Assembly: GCA_030141605.1 (NCBI GenBank)
Contig: JAQGDQ010000903.1
Location: 17,987-81,986, forward strand
Reading direction: 5' to 3'
DNA length: 64,000 nucleotides
Source of the DNA: Tubiluchus corallicola
Taxonomy: Eukaryota > Animalia > Priapulida
Shown: in pieces, positions 15,201-27,700 of the stretch
Layout: every line of letters starts with the position of its first letter
Numbering within the stretch: the first letter of the stretch is position 1
Program-made: the position numbers and the translations under genes
Notes under the pieces: model-generated
Databases searched by the model: none
Seen by the model: only the letters and a program-made list of their open reading frames with translations
What the model was told of the DNA's origin: nothing

Positions 15201-15880
15201 TCTGTAACATCTTTGTGTTGTTGAGAACCCGTGTTAAGTTTAAATGCAGGAAGACATTTGTCAGCTTTATGCACGATATACTTCTTGCCCATTAGGGTTT
15301 CTGATGGTGTAAATACAGGCTCTCCAAATTTTTTGCCAGAGTTAGTTCTACCTCGAGAAAAATAACGATCGTCTGAGCACACTTTTGGAAGATCAGGCGC
15401 ACGAGCTGACTGCGCATGTTCAAGTTGCCTGGATTGAGACATGTATTGTTGCTGACGCTTTTGACACCACGTATTGAAATCACAGGAAGGTTTCGGCGGG
15501 GAAAACGAGGACGGAATTCGCAAACCTGGCATGGCATGCGCATTACTCGATTTTGCATAAAGACTCTGCTTGTGACTGTAGATTAAATCATGCGGTTCCT
15601 TCACTATAGCTGATGCAAGTCTACATACCACGTGGTCCCAAACAAGTCTGTCGCTGGTATCGCGTGGAGCACTCATTTCTTTTTTATCTCCAAATGATTT
15701 AAAGAATCTGGGTTTATTTTTGGTTGCCTCATCATCAACAGGAGATTTGCTGCAATTGCTTGACTGATCTGTTTCAATGCCGTTACTGTCAAGACGCACA
15801 AAGATAGGCGAGTGATCATGACAACTAATTGGATGCAGTGGTGACATAATTTTGCAGAATCTGTATTGTTTTCTCTCCAT
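12243..15880 (-). CDS. PPP1R15: Protein phosphatase 1 regulatory subunit 15 (GADD34/CReP-like eIF2-alpha phosphatase subunit), 4 coding exons, ~775 aa
   Basis: Exons 15880-14068, 13714-13416, 12802-12699, 12354-12243 splice in frame (2328 nt). The C-terminus KR|[42 protein letters not shown] matches the PPP1R15/ICP34.5 core (RVxF plus RxGxW...ARDRxRF) and is preceded by acidic PEST-like tracts. Confidence 0.92.
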
Positions 15881-15882
15881 TT

Positions 15883-16893
15883 TTACACAGCAGTGTGTAC
15901 ATTGGATATATACATGTAAATTTTGCTTCTGAACTTCGACATATATAATTTTAATTCGTGATTTTTCTGTCCCACTAAAAAGAAAAAAACAAATTTGTTT
16001 TTGAGCAAATCATAATTTAACACAAAATCAATAGAAAAACTTTGTAAATACTAAATTAGTTCAAACAAGAAATTCTACAAAATCACCATTTATAACACTT
16101 TCATTGGTAAGATTGCAATTTACATTTTAACCTACCTATATAACCCTAACAGGCATTGAAGTTTTTTTTAATGCAGTATTATGATTACAAAAGAATTCAC
16201 AAAACAAACTCATTACAGGAACATGTACTGTAGTTAGTGCTGTAAATGGGACGTGCTTCAAACATAACCTTGACAAACACCGCTGCACAAGAAATCTCCT
16301 ATTTTAACGCCAATCTAATTATTATTATTAGAATTATAATGAATAGGATAATGGTTTTCATCGCAGAACTGCAAACTAAATATTACAACAAGGCAGTTCA
16401 TTCAGTATGGGATTTTAAGTGCTAATAATATTTTTATAACAATAATTTATCGGTTATTAAATTAGTTACTAGATCAACTGTTAGTCATTATCGGTCCTAT
16501 AATTTGCCCGCAGCGTGCAAACGGGGATGACAGTGACCATAAGGTAGAACAGGTATTAGGTCAGCTAGCCGCTAGCGTACCGTTGCGAACTTGTTACCGT
16601 GAAAAAACATAAATTTTATTAAGTAAGTCTAGTAACTCATGTCTAACATAAATCTATGTATTGTACTGTTCATACCTTTCTGCTGACCTACACTTTAGCT
16701 AATAACAACGATCCATACGTTTCATCTTTAAATCACACAAATCACGCAAAAACCATTTACACAACTAAACTTTACACAATATGGCCACGATATCACATTC
16801 ACATTTCCATTTTCATTACTCATTGTAAGGGCAGATGTCGCCACATATCAGTGTCCAGATTGCATCAGCTTCAGCATCAGCTGACTGACTCAT
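15883..16893 (-). promoter_or_regulatory. PPP1R15 5' leader (non-coding exon ending 16676, intron, acceptor at 15975) with several uORFs
   Basis: Donor AG|GTATG at 16675 and acceptor ttttttag at 15975. Multiple short ATG...stop ORFs in the spliced leader, e.g. 15942-15883. Confidence 0.6.
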
Positions 16894-16980
16894 AGCAGCA
16901 CTTTGCTGACATCATTTATAGATTACCATAATACTGCTACGTGCGAACTTGTATTACATAGGATACTTGTATTATGTAAC
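16859..16980 (-). promoter_or_regulatory. Putative PPP1R15 promoter with clustered bZIP sites
   Basis: ATTGCATCA (C/EBP-ATF CARE/AARE core) 16859-16867; TGACTCA (AP-1) 16886-16892; TGACATCA (CRE-like) 16907-16914; TATAAA on - strand 16920-16915; ATTATGTAAC (PAR/E4BP4 D-box) 16971-16980. Confidence 0.5.
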
Positions 16981-18553
16981 TCGTTGAGCTGATTACTACA
17001 ACGTGAGCTGTGTTAGTGTTTGTTAGGATAGTTACCGTGTTTGCATACTTCGAAAGCCGATTCCTTTCTCGTAAAAGAATATGTTGCCTGCCCATTGTAA
17101 TCGGCATTAAGTTTTGACGACAAGGAAAAAAATATCATTAACACGTGCAATGAATTCACCCTGTAATTAATTCCTAGAAATCATTGACAGTTACTTCTTG
17201 CTATACATATACAATAGTGAAATATTGGCATTCTGTTTTAATAAGTTTATAAATTATGTGCAAACTGGCCTAATAGTAACAACTATAATATTTGTTCCTG
17301 ATTTTATAGTATTCACATCGTATTAACTGAAACATATCATGCTCTCAATTTTTTGTTGCAACTACTGTACTTAGTTTACACATTATAGGCTTCGCTCTGT
17401 TTGCGATTGCGATTGCGATACTCGACTCTCTCCACTTGTCAGAGGCGGGCACCTTTATAGGGTGCAAAGTCTGTTGATATGCAATAATCTACTGTAATTG
17501 GTATTGACAGAAATTGTGATCCGAATTTTTTATTCAGCATTTATTTGTAGCTTGCGTCCCTCCCACCTGTAAGTACTTCAAAAACATGTCCACATTTCAA
17601 ACTACTGACAAAGTCGTTTATTATTTCTTGCACTATAATTTACACCGAAAAGTAATCTCCATCAACCAAATACTTGGTTACTTTCATGCATATAAAGGCA
17701 AGGAGACTAGGTCTTAAAAACCTAATAAATGCATTAAAAAAGTTATAAAAAGAAATTAGAAATTTAAACAAAAAGTGTACAACATTATGCAAAATTTTAG
17801 TAATGCGGTGTGAGCACTTAGATTCAATATCTGCCTAGTCTGTGCTTCGTAATTTCAACAGAAGGAGAGAAGTAAATGCTGGCTGAAATTTCATGAATTC
17901 ACCTAAGAGAACTAGGACGTCTAGGTGCACAGTAAATCACGATATTCGAATAACTTATATGGGTGATAGAAACGAACAAGTAGAGGACCTAAAGTATCTA
18001 TCTGTCTTTAGCTTAAGCATGAAGCTTAAATATTATACTTAGCTTAAGTATTGACTGTTCTGTTCTGTTTAACTAAGTATATTTCGTACCTTATTTTAAC
18101 TCTAATTTTACAGGCTGCTGTCATTCATGCACCTGACCAGTTTTTTTGGTTCGCTTATGACATACTGGAAAATTTTGTCTTCTCATTCACTAGTTGCTGA
18201 TAACTCATTGCATTTTTAATAAAGATATTTTATTGTGAGATCATACATCTGTATAATATTTTTATCTGAAAATATGTTATTACATAATCAATGTTCATAA
18301 TTTTTTACAGCTGACAGTTTCAAAAAAATAGCAACTTTAATTATTGACATTTAGACAACTTAATAATATTAAGCGTGTTTTTAGTTTTCCTAAAACTTAA
18401 ACAAAAATTTTCCTATAACTTCAACAAACTTCTCTGATTGTTATTAATTAATAATAATTAAAAATAATATAGTTGTTAATTATTCAAAATATTTGATTCT
18501 GACTACTGACATCACTGTGAGAATCTGAGCAGAATCCTAATATTCCTAGTAGC

Positions 18554-18923
18554 TAGGAATGAGCGTCGAACGCTCGAATTCGATTCGAAAGAGTTTTTTA
18601 GTTCTAATAATTCAGAACTTCGGCCACATATACATTCTTTATCATTAAAATATTTGAATCAGCATGCAACTAGCACTATTTAGCTGCAGCTTCTGTGCAA
18701 ATTTTTTAACAAACTAAAAATGGTTTCACTGCACAACGAAATAAAAAAAAAATTATGCTTGATCTTTGTAAGACCAGTTTTTACCAGTGGTTAAGAAACT
18801 TGTTCGAAAATCTTACAAACTCAATGGGGATTTGAAACACTGGAATTCTGTTCGATTCGAAATCGAAAGTCGCAAATTTGATTCGATTCGAATTCGCTTT
18901 CTGAGAGAGAATGCTCACCCCTA
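18554..18923. mobile_element. hAT-like MITE with TTCGA subterminal repeats
   Basis: Ends taggaatgagcg ... tgctcaccccta; TTCGA arrays near both ends; degenerate 8-bp flanks ctagtagc/gtggtagc. Confidence 0.65.
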
Positions 18924-19047
18924 GTGGTAGCTGAGTAGCTGTAACACCGTGAGTTGTTTGACTTGTTTCCGGAGATTGAACCCGTCGTCAAAAAATCACA
19001 CGGTGCGCTTGTGCGTCAAGTGGTCATTTACAGTTGAACAGGATTCC

Positions 19048-19055
19048 GCGGCAAA
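19048..19055 (-). promoter_or_regulatory. E2F-type site upstream of PRIM2
   Basis: TTTGCCGC on - strand fits TTTSSCGC, ~100 bp before the ATG of a replication gene. Confidence 0.4.
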
Positions 19056-19155
19056 TTTGGCTAACTGAACTTGGAATAATTTGCGCTTTGCTTTATACAC
19101 ATGTACTGAACTTACACAATTTTATTGTATTATCTGATCTTGAATTTTTTCTACC

Positions 19156-20793
19156 ATGTTGATAGGATCGGGGAAGAGCGCTAGAAGTGTTCGCAGGAAA
19201 ATTTCTAAGATTGGAGGCGCGGACAGTGTACAGTATCCTCATTCATTGCAATTTTATCGAAATCCTCCTGTTGGCAACATAACCTTGTGTGAATTTGAGA
19301 AATTTGCTATAGATCGTTTAAAAGTTTTAAAACTCGTGGAAAGTGTCGGCTTATCACATACTAAAGGTAGCGATGATTATGTAAAAAAGTTGTCTGCAGA
19401 ACTGCGAAAAATGGGAATGAAATCATTTTTGAGGACGATGGCTGTTGATACAGAATCTCATCCAGATGCAGTTTATGAAGGCCGACGCCAAGATCACATA
19501 TCTCATTTTATTCTTAGATTAGCATATTGCAAGTCTGAAGACCTACGTCACTGGTTCATACAACAAGAGGTGGATTTGTTTAGGTTTCGTTTTTCGCAAG
19601 AGCAAGGTAATGCAGATGGATTGGCAAGTTTTCTAACACAAAACGACCTGCAGTACACTGCTATTTCTGAAGAAGAAAAACAGTCGCTGCGGTCGGAGTT
19701 GTCTGTTGCTTCCTACGAAATGAATGAGGCTAAATTTGAAGCAAACGATTTTTATAAAGTGTATTTCACTGAAGCTCTTGATCTCATACGAACAAGGAAA
19801 ATTTATCTGCATAAAGGATATGCATACATACCCAGTTTTGATTTGGGATCCCTCATCTGTGGCTGTTTTCGAATGGAGCTGTCTAAAGCTTTAGCGCAGA
19901 CAGCTCGCATGTTTCCAGTCATCGAAGAACAGGAACGTCTACTACCGATGTTAAACCACATCAACGAATGGTATCTCGGTGACGACTATTCTAACAGGAA
20001 AAATCGGGATACTGACCACATCACGGCTGATGAAATTGATGGCTTATGTCAGGAATCATTTCCATTATGCATGCAACAGCTCCACAAGCATTTGCGCACC
20101 GAGCATCACATGAAACACTTCGGCCGGCAACAGTATGGGCTTTTCCTAAAAGCAATTGGTTTGTCATTGGAAGAGGCGATGAAGTTCTGGAGAACGGAAT
20201 TCATGAAGAGCATGGATGTTGATAAGTTTGACAAACAATATTCTTACAACATACGACACATGTATGGCAAGGAAGGTAAACGTGTAAGCTATACACCATA
20301 CAGCTGCTTGAAAATCATTCAAAGTAATCCTCCTGGTGCCGGAGATTATCATGGCTGTCCATTTAGGCACACTACCAATGATCTTTTATTACAGAAACTG
20401 AAAGCGTTGAAGATTAGCAACATTCAGTGTGACGCCATATTAGAAACTGTTAAGGGTGGTCATTACCAGGTCGCATGTGCAAAAACTTACCGTGCTGTAC
20501 ATACCTTAGGAGATAATGAAGGGCCACCAGGCATTGACCATCCAAACCAATATTTCGAAATGAGCCAGAACTTGCAGCATCCGAGTCGCGAAGCGACCAG
20601 CAAGACTCCTCAAACGCCCACTTACAGGAATACACCAATGTCTTATAGCCAGACAGGTACACCTGATGTGTTATCGCAGCCATTTGGTAGTGGCACTCCA
20701 TTAACAAAGAAACTCAAACCAACAACGGAGGAAGATTGGAATGACGAAGAAATGGATACAGTCCTTTCGGGGATAGAACCAATGAATTTATAG
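19156..20793 (+). CDS. PRIM2: DNA primase large subunit (p58), single-exon CDS, 545 aa
   Basis: LQFY..PP, EFEKFAIDRLKVL, RRQDHISHFILRLAYC, SFPLCM, GRQQYGLFLKAIGL, YNIRHMYGKEGKR, GDYHGCPF; the four Fe-S cluster Cys positions are present. Confidence 0.97.
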   Translation: MLIGSGKSARSVRRKISKIGGADSVQYPHSLQFYRNPPVGNITLCEFEKFAIDRLKVLKLVESVGLSHTKGSDDYVKKLSAELRKMGMKSFLRTMAVDTESHPDAVYEGRRQDHISHFILRLAYCKSEDLRHWFIQQEVDLFRFRFSQEQGNADGLASFLTQNDLQYTAISEEEKQSLRSELSVASYEMNEAKFEANDFYKVYFTEALDLIRTRKIYLHKGYAYIPSFDLGSLICGCFRMELSKALAQTARMFPVIEEQERLLPMLNHINEWYLGDDYSNRKNRDTDHITADEIDGLCQESFPLCMQQLHKHLRTEHHMKHFGRQQYGLFLKAIGLSLEEAMKFWRTEFMKSMDVDKFDKQYSYNIRHMYGKEGKRVSYTPYSCLKIIQSNPPGAGDYHGCPFRHTTNDLLLQKLKALKISNIQCDAILETVKGGHYQVACAKTYRAVHTLGDNEGPPGIDHPNQYFEMSQNLQHPSREATSKTPQTPTYRNTPMSYSQTGTPDVLSQPFGSGTPLTKKLKPTTEEDWNDEEMDTVLSGIEPMNL

Positions 20794-23570
20794 TTTGGAT
20801 GTAGATAGCATTAAATAATTTTTTTAAAATATTATTTATTTCATTTCAGGTGACGTAAGTTATATTAGAAATTAAAGTACCTGTGTTTTACTATACTTTA
20901 TATTCCTTGCATGTAGTTTAAACGTACTTAAATTCACATTCTGTAGGTGAATTTGTTCTCAATTGCTAGAATTGTATTCCAGATTTGAAAAAAGCCATTG
21001 TTATAATTACAGTGTGGCACATTCCACTCACTGCTGTTGTATTTTAAAACGTTTTTGTTGGTATGTAATAATTAAATAATAAAACGTTTTTTTCAGAAGT
21101 TTGCCCCATTAGCATTAGCACTGCTAATTGTGAATTGGCAAACCTGTCATTTTAGTTCAGTACTACTTCTAGTAGCATAACATTCTTAAATGTTTCAAAG
21201 TTATTTCAGCAGGTATTTAGGATCGGTGCATTAAGTTAGTTATACAAACTTGCTTATTGTACATAGATCAAAGAGCAAAAAGCTGAGATACAAATAGTTG
21301 TTGTCAACAATAATATTAATTTCATTTTTGTTGTCTAGTTAGTGTCTCACTGCTCTTAAAATATCTGTATGAAATACGCATGACTTACAAAAGTATTTTG
21401 AACTACATTTATACCTCAAATACTAATGCTGTAATTGTTTCTTCTTGTTGCTTCACATTGCCAAAGTACTGACTGAAGCTGAAAATTGATATGACTGGTG
21501 TTTGTTGTAAATAACCTAACTTAAAGTGTGTGATGGATGGATTGCAGATTGTATATAACTTTTAATAGCATACTAACAAAAGTTTTACCGTCCCAGTAAA
21601 CTATGATTCTATAGTTCACCGTGAAAGAACTTTTTTGGTAATAAACAGTGTTATCGATAAAGTTATTGCCTGTCATTTTCTTTTTTTTAGCTTTGTAGTA
21701 CAGGATATTAACATTACTGCTACATAATAAGGTAATTTATTATGTAATTATTAATTAATTAATTAAGTTTTCTCAATTTTAGTGAGCCCATAAAACATGC
21801 TGTTGAATTAGTGTTAGGTATAGGCACCACGTTTAGACTATTAAGAGCACCTGCGCAGTAATTCGCAATGGAAATTGTTCCCAAAATTTCATTATAAACG
21901 TGCAAGTTAAAATTGAAATAACTTATATCTTTCTTGTCTCTTATCACCGTATTTTTGTTTAAGTAGTGTATAATGTTATCTGTTTTAAAATAGTCAGTAT
22001 TATACCACCTACGCTTATTTAGATTTATTTATTTTTCCTTTTAGCACAATATTACAAAATACAAATTATTACGATTACAAACTGACAATGCATTGCAGTG
22101 CCATGGGTGTAACAGAAGAAATTAACTTATAAGTTACACTCGACATGGATAAGCCTTAGTGATGACATAAACAAAACCTGTCAACAAAATAAAGTGTGAC
22201 ATATCTTACTCTGAATTTCTTGATAAGACAGGTGTCCAAGTATCTGTTACTAATACGTCAATAATATATCACAGAAAGGCCTGTTAAATCGTATGTAACG
22301 TGTTTTGCTTGCAAGTTAAATTTCTTAATAAAGACAAGATATGGTTATTAAAGCATCAACTAATCATGAATATGCTGCAAAAAGACCAACAATTAGGCGT
22401 TGAGTAGCCTTATAAATTAGTATAAAGGATGTAAAATGGCTCTGTTAAAAATCAATATAAATTACACTTTACCACACTAAGTTGCTTTGATGCTAAGTAT
22501 ACGATATCTGCATTGAAAATAAACAGACTGAATGTAAATAAACAATTGACATAAACAATCGAATGTAAATGTACAGTATAAACAACAAACCGAACAGCAT
22601 AAAAAAGAGTGAATATTAAATTCCAAAATCACAATTATAATTCAATGTTTTCATAGATTAAAATTAGTCAGTCACTAAATTTCTTCTTTAACCTACATAT
22701 TTTTTATGATTTTCACAAGTTGTGTGCATACAGATGCTACTTGAACAATAAAAACGCCACAATGAGAAAGGCATTATTCAGTCAACACCTGTGAATGTTT
22801 TCAGTGAATATGCAAGAGCACAAATGATTAATATAATTTTCCTTTGTAACACAAATACGTTGACAAAAACAGAGAAAATGACTCACTAAATAATACAACT
22901 AGAGAAAGAACAGAATATACAATAAATAAAAAAACATGGAAAAAGACAAAAAAGTACTAATCATAGGCCTACCAACAACCAGAAAAAAGTACAAAATATC
23001 ACAATATCGTTGGTTATGAATTTTAAGAACGCAGAAACTGGCGAAAAGATCCCTTTTATTGTATGAAAATGCAAGTTGAATTGCTTGTGGTGGGTTAAGC
23101 AACTATCCCGTTGTGTAGTATCAGAAAATGGAAAGTACGTGTGATGTTATAACATTGTCTTTGCACATTCTATGGTATCGTTATTCCAGTAAAATGGTAA
23201 CCAATTAATAGTTTTTCAGCGTGCTTTCAAGTACACTGGTCATAAGTGTCGCGCATATATTTACAGATGTTCTTTTTCTCAAGGTACCGTATTATGGTTT
23301 CGATTAGTACTCCCAGATAATCTGCTAATTCTTTATTTTGCGTGTAAGCCAATATTAGATGTATGTGACGTCAGTCACGATCTGTAGACATTATTAATGA
23401 CACAATGCATACTAATGTAGGATGGTAACGAGCAGTGTGGGAAGGAAACATTTTAGAACCCTGGAATGAGCTGGGCGAGGTTCGCTATGGCTAGGCCTTG
23501 GCTTGTTACCTTAACCAACGTGACAGATTGCAAAAAACGTACTGTCAGCTTGAGGTCAATTCTATACTCC

Positions 23571-24077
23571 AGGTCATAGCTGATAGAGGAGCAACCGCTC
23601 CCCCGAACACATTTTTCAAAGAAGTGGAATTCGCTCAAAATGTGATATTAGTACGGAATACAGGCATCGTAAAAGAAAATGACTCCATGGTGAAACTTCA
23701 GAGTTTAAAGGATAAGGAATAAAATATTTGCTTAGATTGACGCCTAGTCGTAGGGGACAGTTGTAGTTCTTTCGTGATACATTTTTCACAATGTTTCACT
23801 TTGTTTTCATTTTACATTTAATATTAAAAGAATTAATAAACCAAAACATAATAACATAAATTTTTTATGTTTTGAGAGTATAATGTTTTTAGTATAACCT
23901 TTTATTACCAAGTAGCAATCATTTACTTCCTTTAAAAATGTATCTTCCTCGTGTTTTGATTTTAACCACAAAATTAAAATGTATAATTGATGCAAATTAA
24001 AAATTGCTTAGTGTGTGCAACGGCGCCTTTTTTAAGTGCTTTCTCCTCCTAACTTTAGAGCCTGGCCACGCCCCTAG
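23571..24077. mobile_element. Degenerate hAT-like MITE
   Basis: caggtcatagc...gctccccc start and cctggccacgccccta end resemble hAT MITE termini; boundaries are approximate. Confidence 0.3.
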
Positions 24078-24775
24078 TAGTCCCCTTGCTCATTTGCTCC
24101 ATTAGAGCTGTTTACACCAAGTTTTATGGAAGATGCTCTCTGGAGGTTCCTAAACGTCGACAGTTTATTCGTACTACTCGTTTTTCTGTTGCTTCCTATA
24201 AACTTACCCTAAACATTCTTAGATGTGAAACAACTGCGTATTGCTTCGGACTGTTTCTTCCTTCTGACTTCTTATCTGTGGAGTTCTCTACCAGAAACTT
24301 GTTTCCAGAAATCTGCAAGCTTGCTCGATTCAAGAAATACAATTCCTCCTGAGAGACTGTAGCAAAGTAGTTACGAATTATGTTTGTCTGAACATATATT
24401 TATATCTTCGCCTTTTTATTCTCATTTTTATTTTATTTAATTTTATTACAGACCTGTTTTATTACATTGAAACGTCTGGCTTTGTTTAGGGCAAATTATT
24501 TTTTAAAAAAAACATCTGTTCGATCGAGTTTAAGACATTACAGTTCGATTAATTTTGTTTCACTTCCGTTCAATTCAATTTAAAAGAAAACTGTTCGTTG
24601 TAGACTGATGGGTGTTGATGAAAAATGGAAGACCTGTCGCATACGCCAATTTATCTAGATTGCTAAGTCAACAGTTTGACATAGTTTAACGTCCACACAC
24701 TGACCATTGGGTTTATGTACAAGCTGAATCAGTGGGCCTAATCACATCGCGGAATTGCATTTTTGTGCAGTTGCT

Positions 24776-27700
24776 ATGGAAGGTACTACGTTCGTCAGGA
24801 TTGTACTGCTGTTGTTAGTAACATCAGCGACAGCGACATTTGGAATACCTGGATTGCCAGATTTTCTGGACTCTTCTATTGAACGAAGTGAGAAACGAAA
24901 TATTGAATTAAAAAAAAAACAAGAATTTATTTAAAGTTTATCAACATTAGTTGTTAAATTTATGGATGGTTGTGAAGGAAGGTATATTCGAACTCGACAG
25001 TTTCCTTTTTGTCGATTCTTGTTCATATTATGATTTATTTAGCTTTATCTGTAACCTAGTTTTTATCTTTTGGGAACTTAGATTTTGTTAAATCTACATT
25101 TGGAAAGGCCTTTTTTGGTTTTGCTACTTTTTTCTGTTGCAAAACGCAATAAAGGCATTTAATAAAATATCTAGAATTAAGAAACGAGAAAAAAATGAAA
25201 GAAAAACACAAAAAAATAATTAAATTGACGACAAAGACGTCACAAAGCTGATCAGACTAACATTGTGGGAGCTATCAGCTTTGTAGCTAATTATTGAACA
25301 ATTAAATTACATCATATGTTTATTTTCTCGCTGTACTAAACCAATACATTTAATTGTTTTTTTTTACAAATGAATATGTCTTCTTATGGATTTCCTGTTT
25401 TTTTTATAACTTTAGTTATTTGTTGTCTATAACATGTACGTTCTTGTGTAAAAGGCACTTTGACGTGTTAACAAAGGTAATCGATCTTGAAGCAAGTAAA
25501 ATTCTCTTCGGTGGCTGCAGTGAAGTGTCATGCTATATAACTAGATGTGCTATTAGCCTATGTAATAGTAGGGCTGTAGCTCGCCAACTGCACAATTTGT
25601 TCCAGTATAATATAATGATAATATTAATAATTTTTATTTAACAGTTCGGCTTTTTAGATAAATAATTAATTAGCTCAAAGTCCTTTTTGCCGACTGTGAT
25701 TGAACTCAGGACCTACCAAATGGAAAGCGGATGCATTACCACTAGAATATATCATGTGTTATGTTTTTGTGGTAACAACAACACTTACTTGTTTTTAACA
25801 CTCGAATGGCTAAAATGTACGATCATTCCATGTAGTGATTTTCATGTTCAGTGCTCAGTATAACGCATTTTTAGATTAAATTTATTCAACTTATAGACTG
25901 CGATGGACTGTTGACGCAATACCTTGACAGCAAGAACATTACTCTCATCGACATTATTGCTGCTATAATTGCGGGTGGTGGAACAGGTGCTGGCATTGCC
26001 GAGGAACACTTCGAATACATACTGTCTGAGCTACCTCCTGCTTTCGTAGATCATATAAAAGAAGATGTTGCAAATGTTGAACCACTTTCAAATGAAGTAA
26101 AGTGATGTAACACACTATATTACTGTTTTCGGTCATTGTTCGTGTAAATTTTGGAAATTTATCCGGTACTCTACGAAAAATCATTTGGTGTGCTATGCAT
26201 TTTTGTATAGCTTTATTATGTGATATATTTAAATTATACATTTTATTCATGAAGCAAATAGGTTGGTGATTTAACTAAAGCAAACTCTCATATCGTGTTA
26301 TACACTGTTATACATTTTTATAGAGCAAATATTGTGTAAATTTTAGCACAGTTCTAAATTTGTGTGCTTTTACTTCAATGGTGTTGTTTGTCCATCAGTG
26401 CAATTGTACATGTATTTAACAAATTTTTTAGTCTTTCGAACTTGCATTTTTATGTAAATTCGCGTCAGCAAAGTACAATTTTCAATTTTTGTTTTAGCAA
26501 TTAGTGTATTTGTATTGCTTCCTATTTTATGTAAACTTTACCCATCCCGTGCAGTGGTTTCTAAGCCACTAATTTTGAACTATAAATTTCAAAACGAATC
26601 GTTTAAATGTTTTTAAATGGAATAAATTAATTTACTTGTAGTCTTAATACCTGAAAGAGAGGTGTGAATACCTTGTAACGCATGATCAATAAAAGTCAAA
26701 CCATAGTAGTCTTTAAAAAAAGTTAAACAAGAAAAACTGTTCCACCTGCGATACCATGAGCCTCTCAGATTTTATGTTCAAAGTGATCACGAAGTATTGA
26801 TCTTATGCATTAATAAAGAAATATTTTTACAGGAAAGAGACAAAATAGAGCGAGAAATTTTAAATGGAAAATCACCAGATCCGGATACACCTTTCAGCTA
26901 CCTAACAGACCTTCTAAAATGGCTGGCCAAACAAGCCATAGCGAAGATAATAGAAGCTTTGAAAGAGCCAATCTTGGATGTTACATTCAAGTGTTATCAG
27001 GACTATGGATGTTTCACAAAGGTACGTTTCATTTTTAGTTTATATCATGTGTGTTTGCCCTATGTGTATATTATAAACAAATCAACAAGACAGATTTAAT
27101 CAACAGTGAAACAGGCGTGTGCTAGAGACAAATCCCCTACAAAAAAATCCCCTGCAGAGAACAGCTCAGAAGTTAGGTAATTCGAGTACGATACAGACAC
27201 CCCACGTTTTTGAGGGTGTAAATGTTCATAAACATAAGCATAAACACAAACATAAACATCTCTATATCATTATCATAGAGATCAGGGATTGAAAATCGCT
27301 TCGGGATGGAAATAATGGAAGCTGGTCTCCATCATCCCTGACCTTAGAGCTCTTGTTTAAACTTTTGACGCGAAACTTGAAAGACACAGAATGTGAAGAA
27401 AATGCAGTACAGGCTGGATTTGAACCCCATGCCTATAAAATTACACAAAAGTAAATAAAAATTAGTTAGAATCCCTTTAGTGTGAGCGATCAAACGTTGG
27501 AAATATTGAATTTGGCTAACCACATGTACAAGGGATGAACTTAAACGTTGATGACAGAGGAATATAGTGGCCTAGTGGTCTAAGGCGTCTATCTTGTAAG
27601 AAGAAGTTCTCCGATTCAAATTAAGATCGTTTTCCTACTTTTTCCTCTATTCAAATATAGTATCAAAATTTAATTACTCTTGAATTTGTAAAACGTTTAT

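Noticed and set aside
24080-24400. Coding-like minus-strand stretch (IVFLESSKLADFWKQVSGRELHR...)
   Set aside because: Contains stops and no motif I recognise; cannot be assigned without a search.
27560-27630. Possible tRNA genes here and at ~41540-41610 and ~25690-25750
   Set aside because: A/B boxes are present but acceptor and T stems do not pair; treated as SINE-like.
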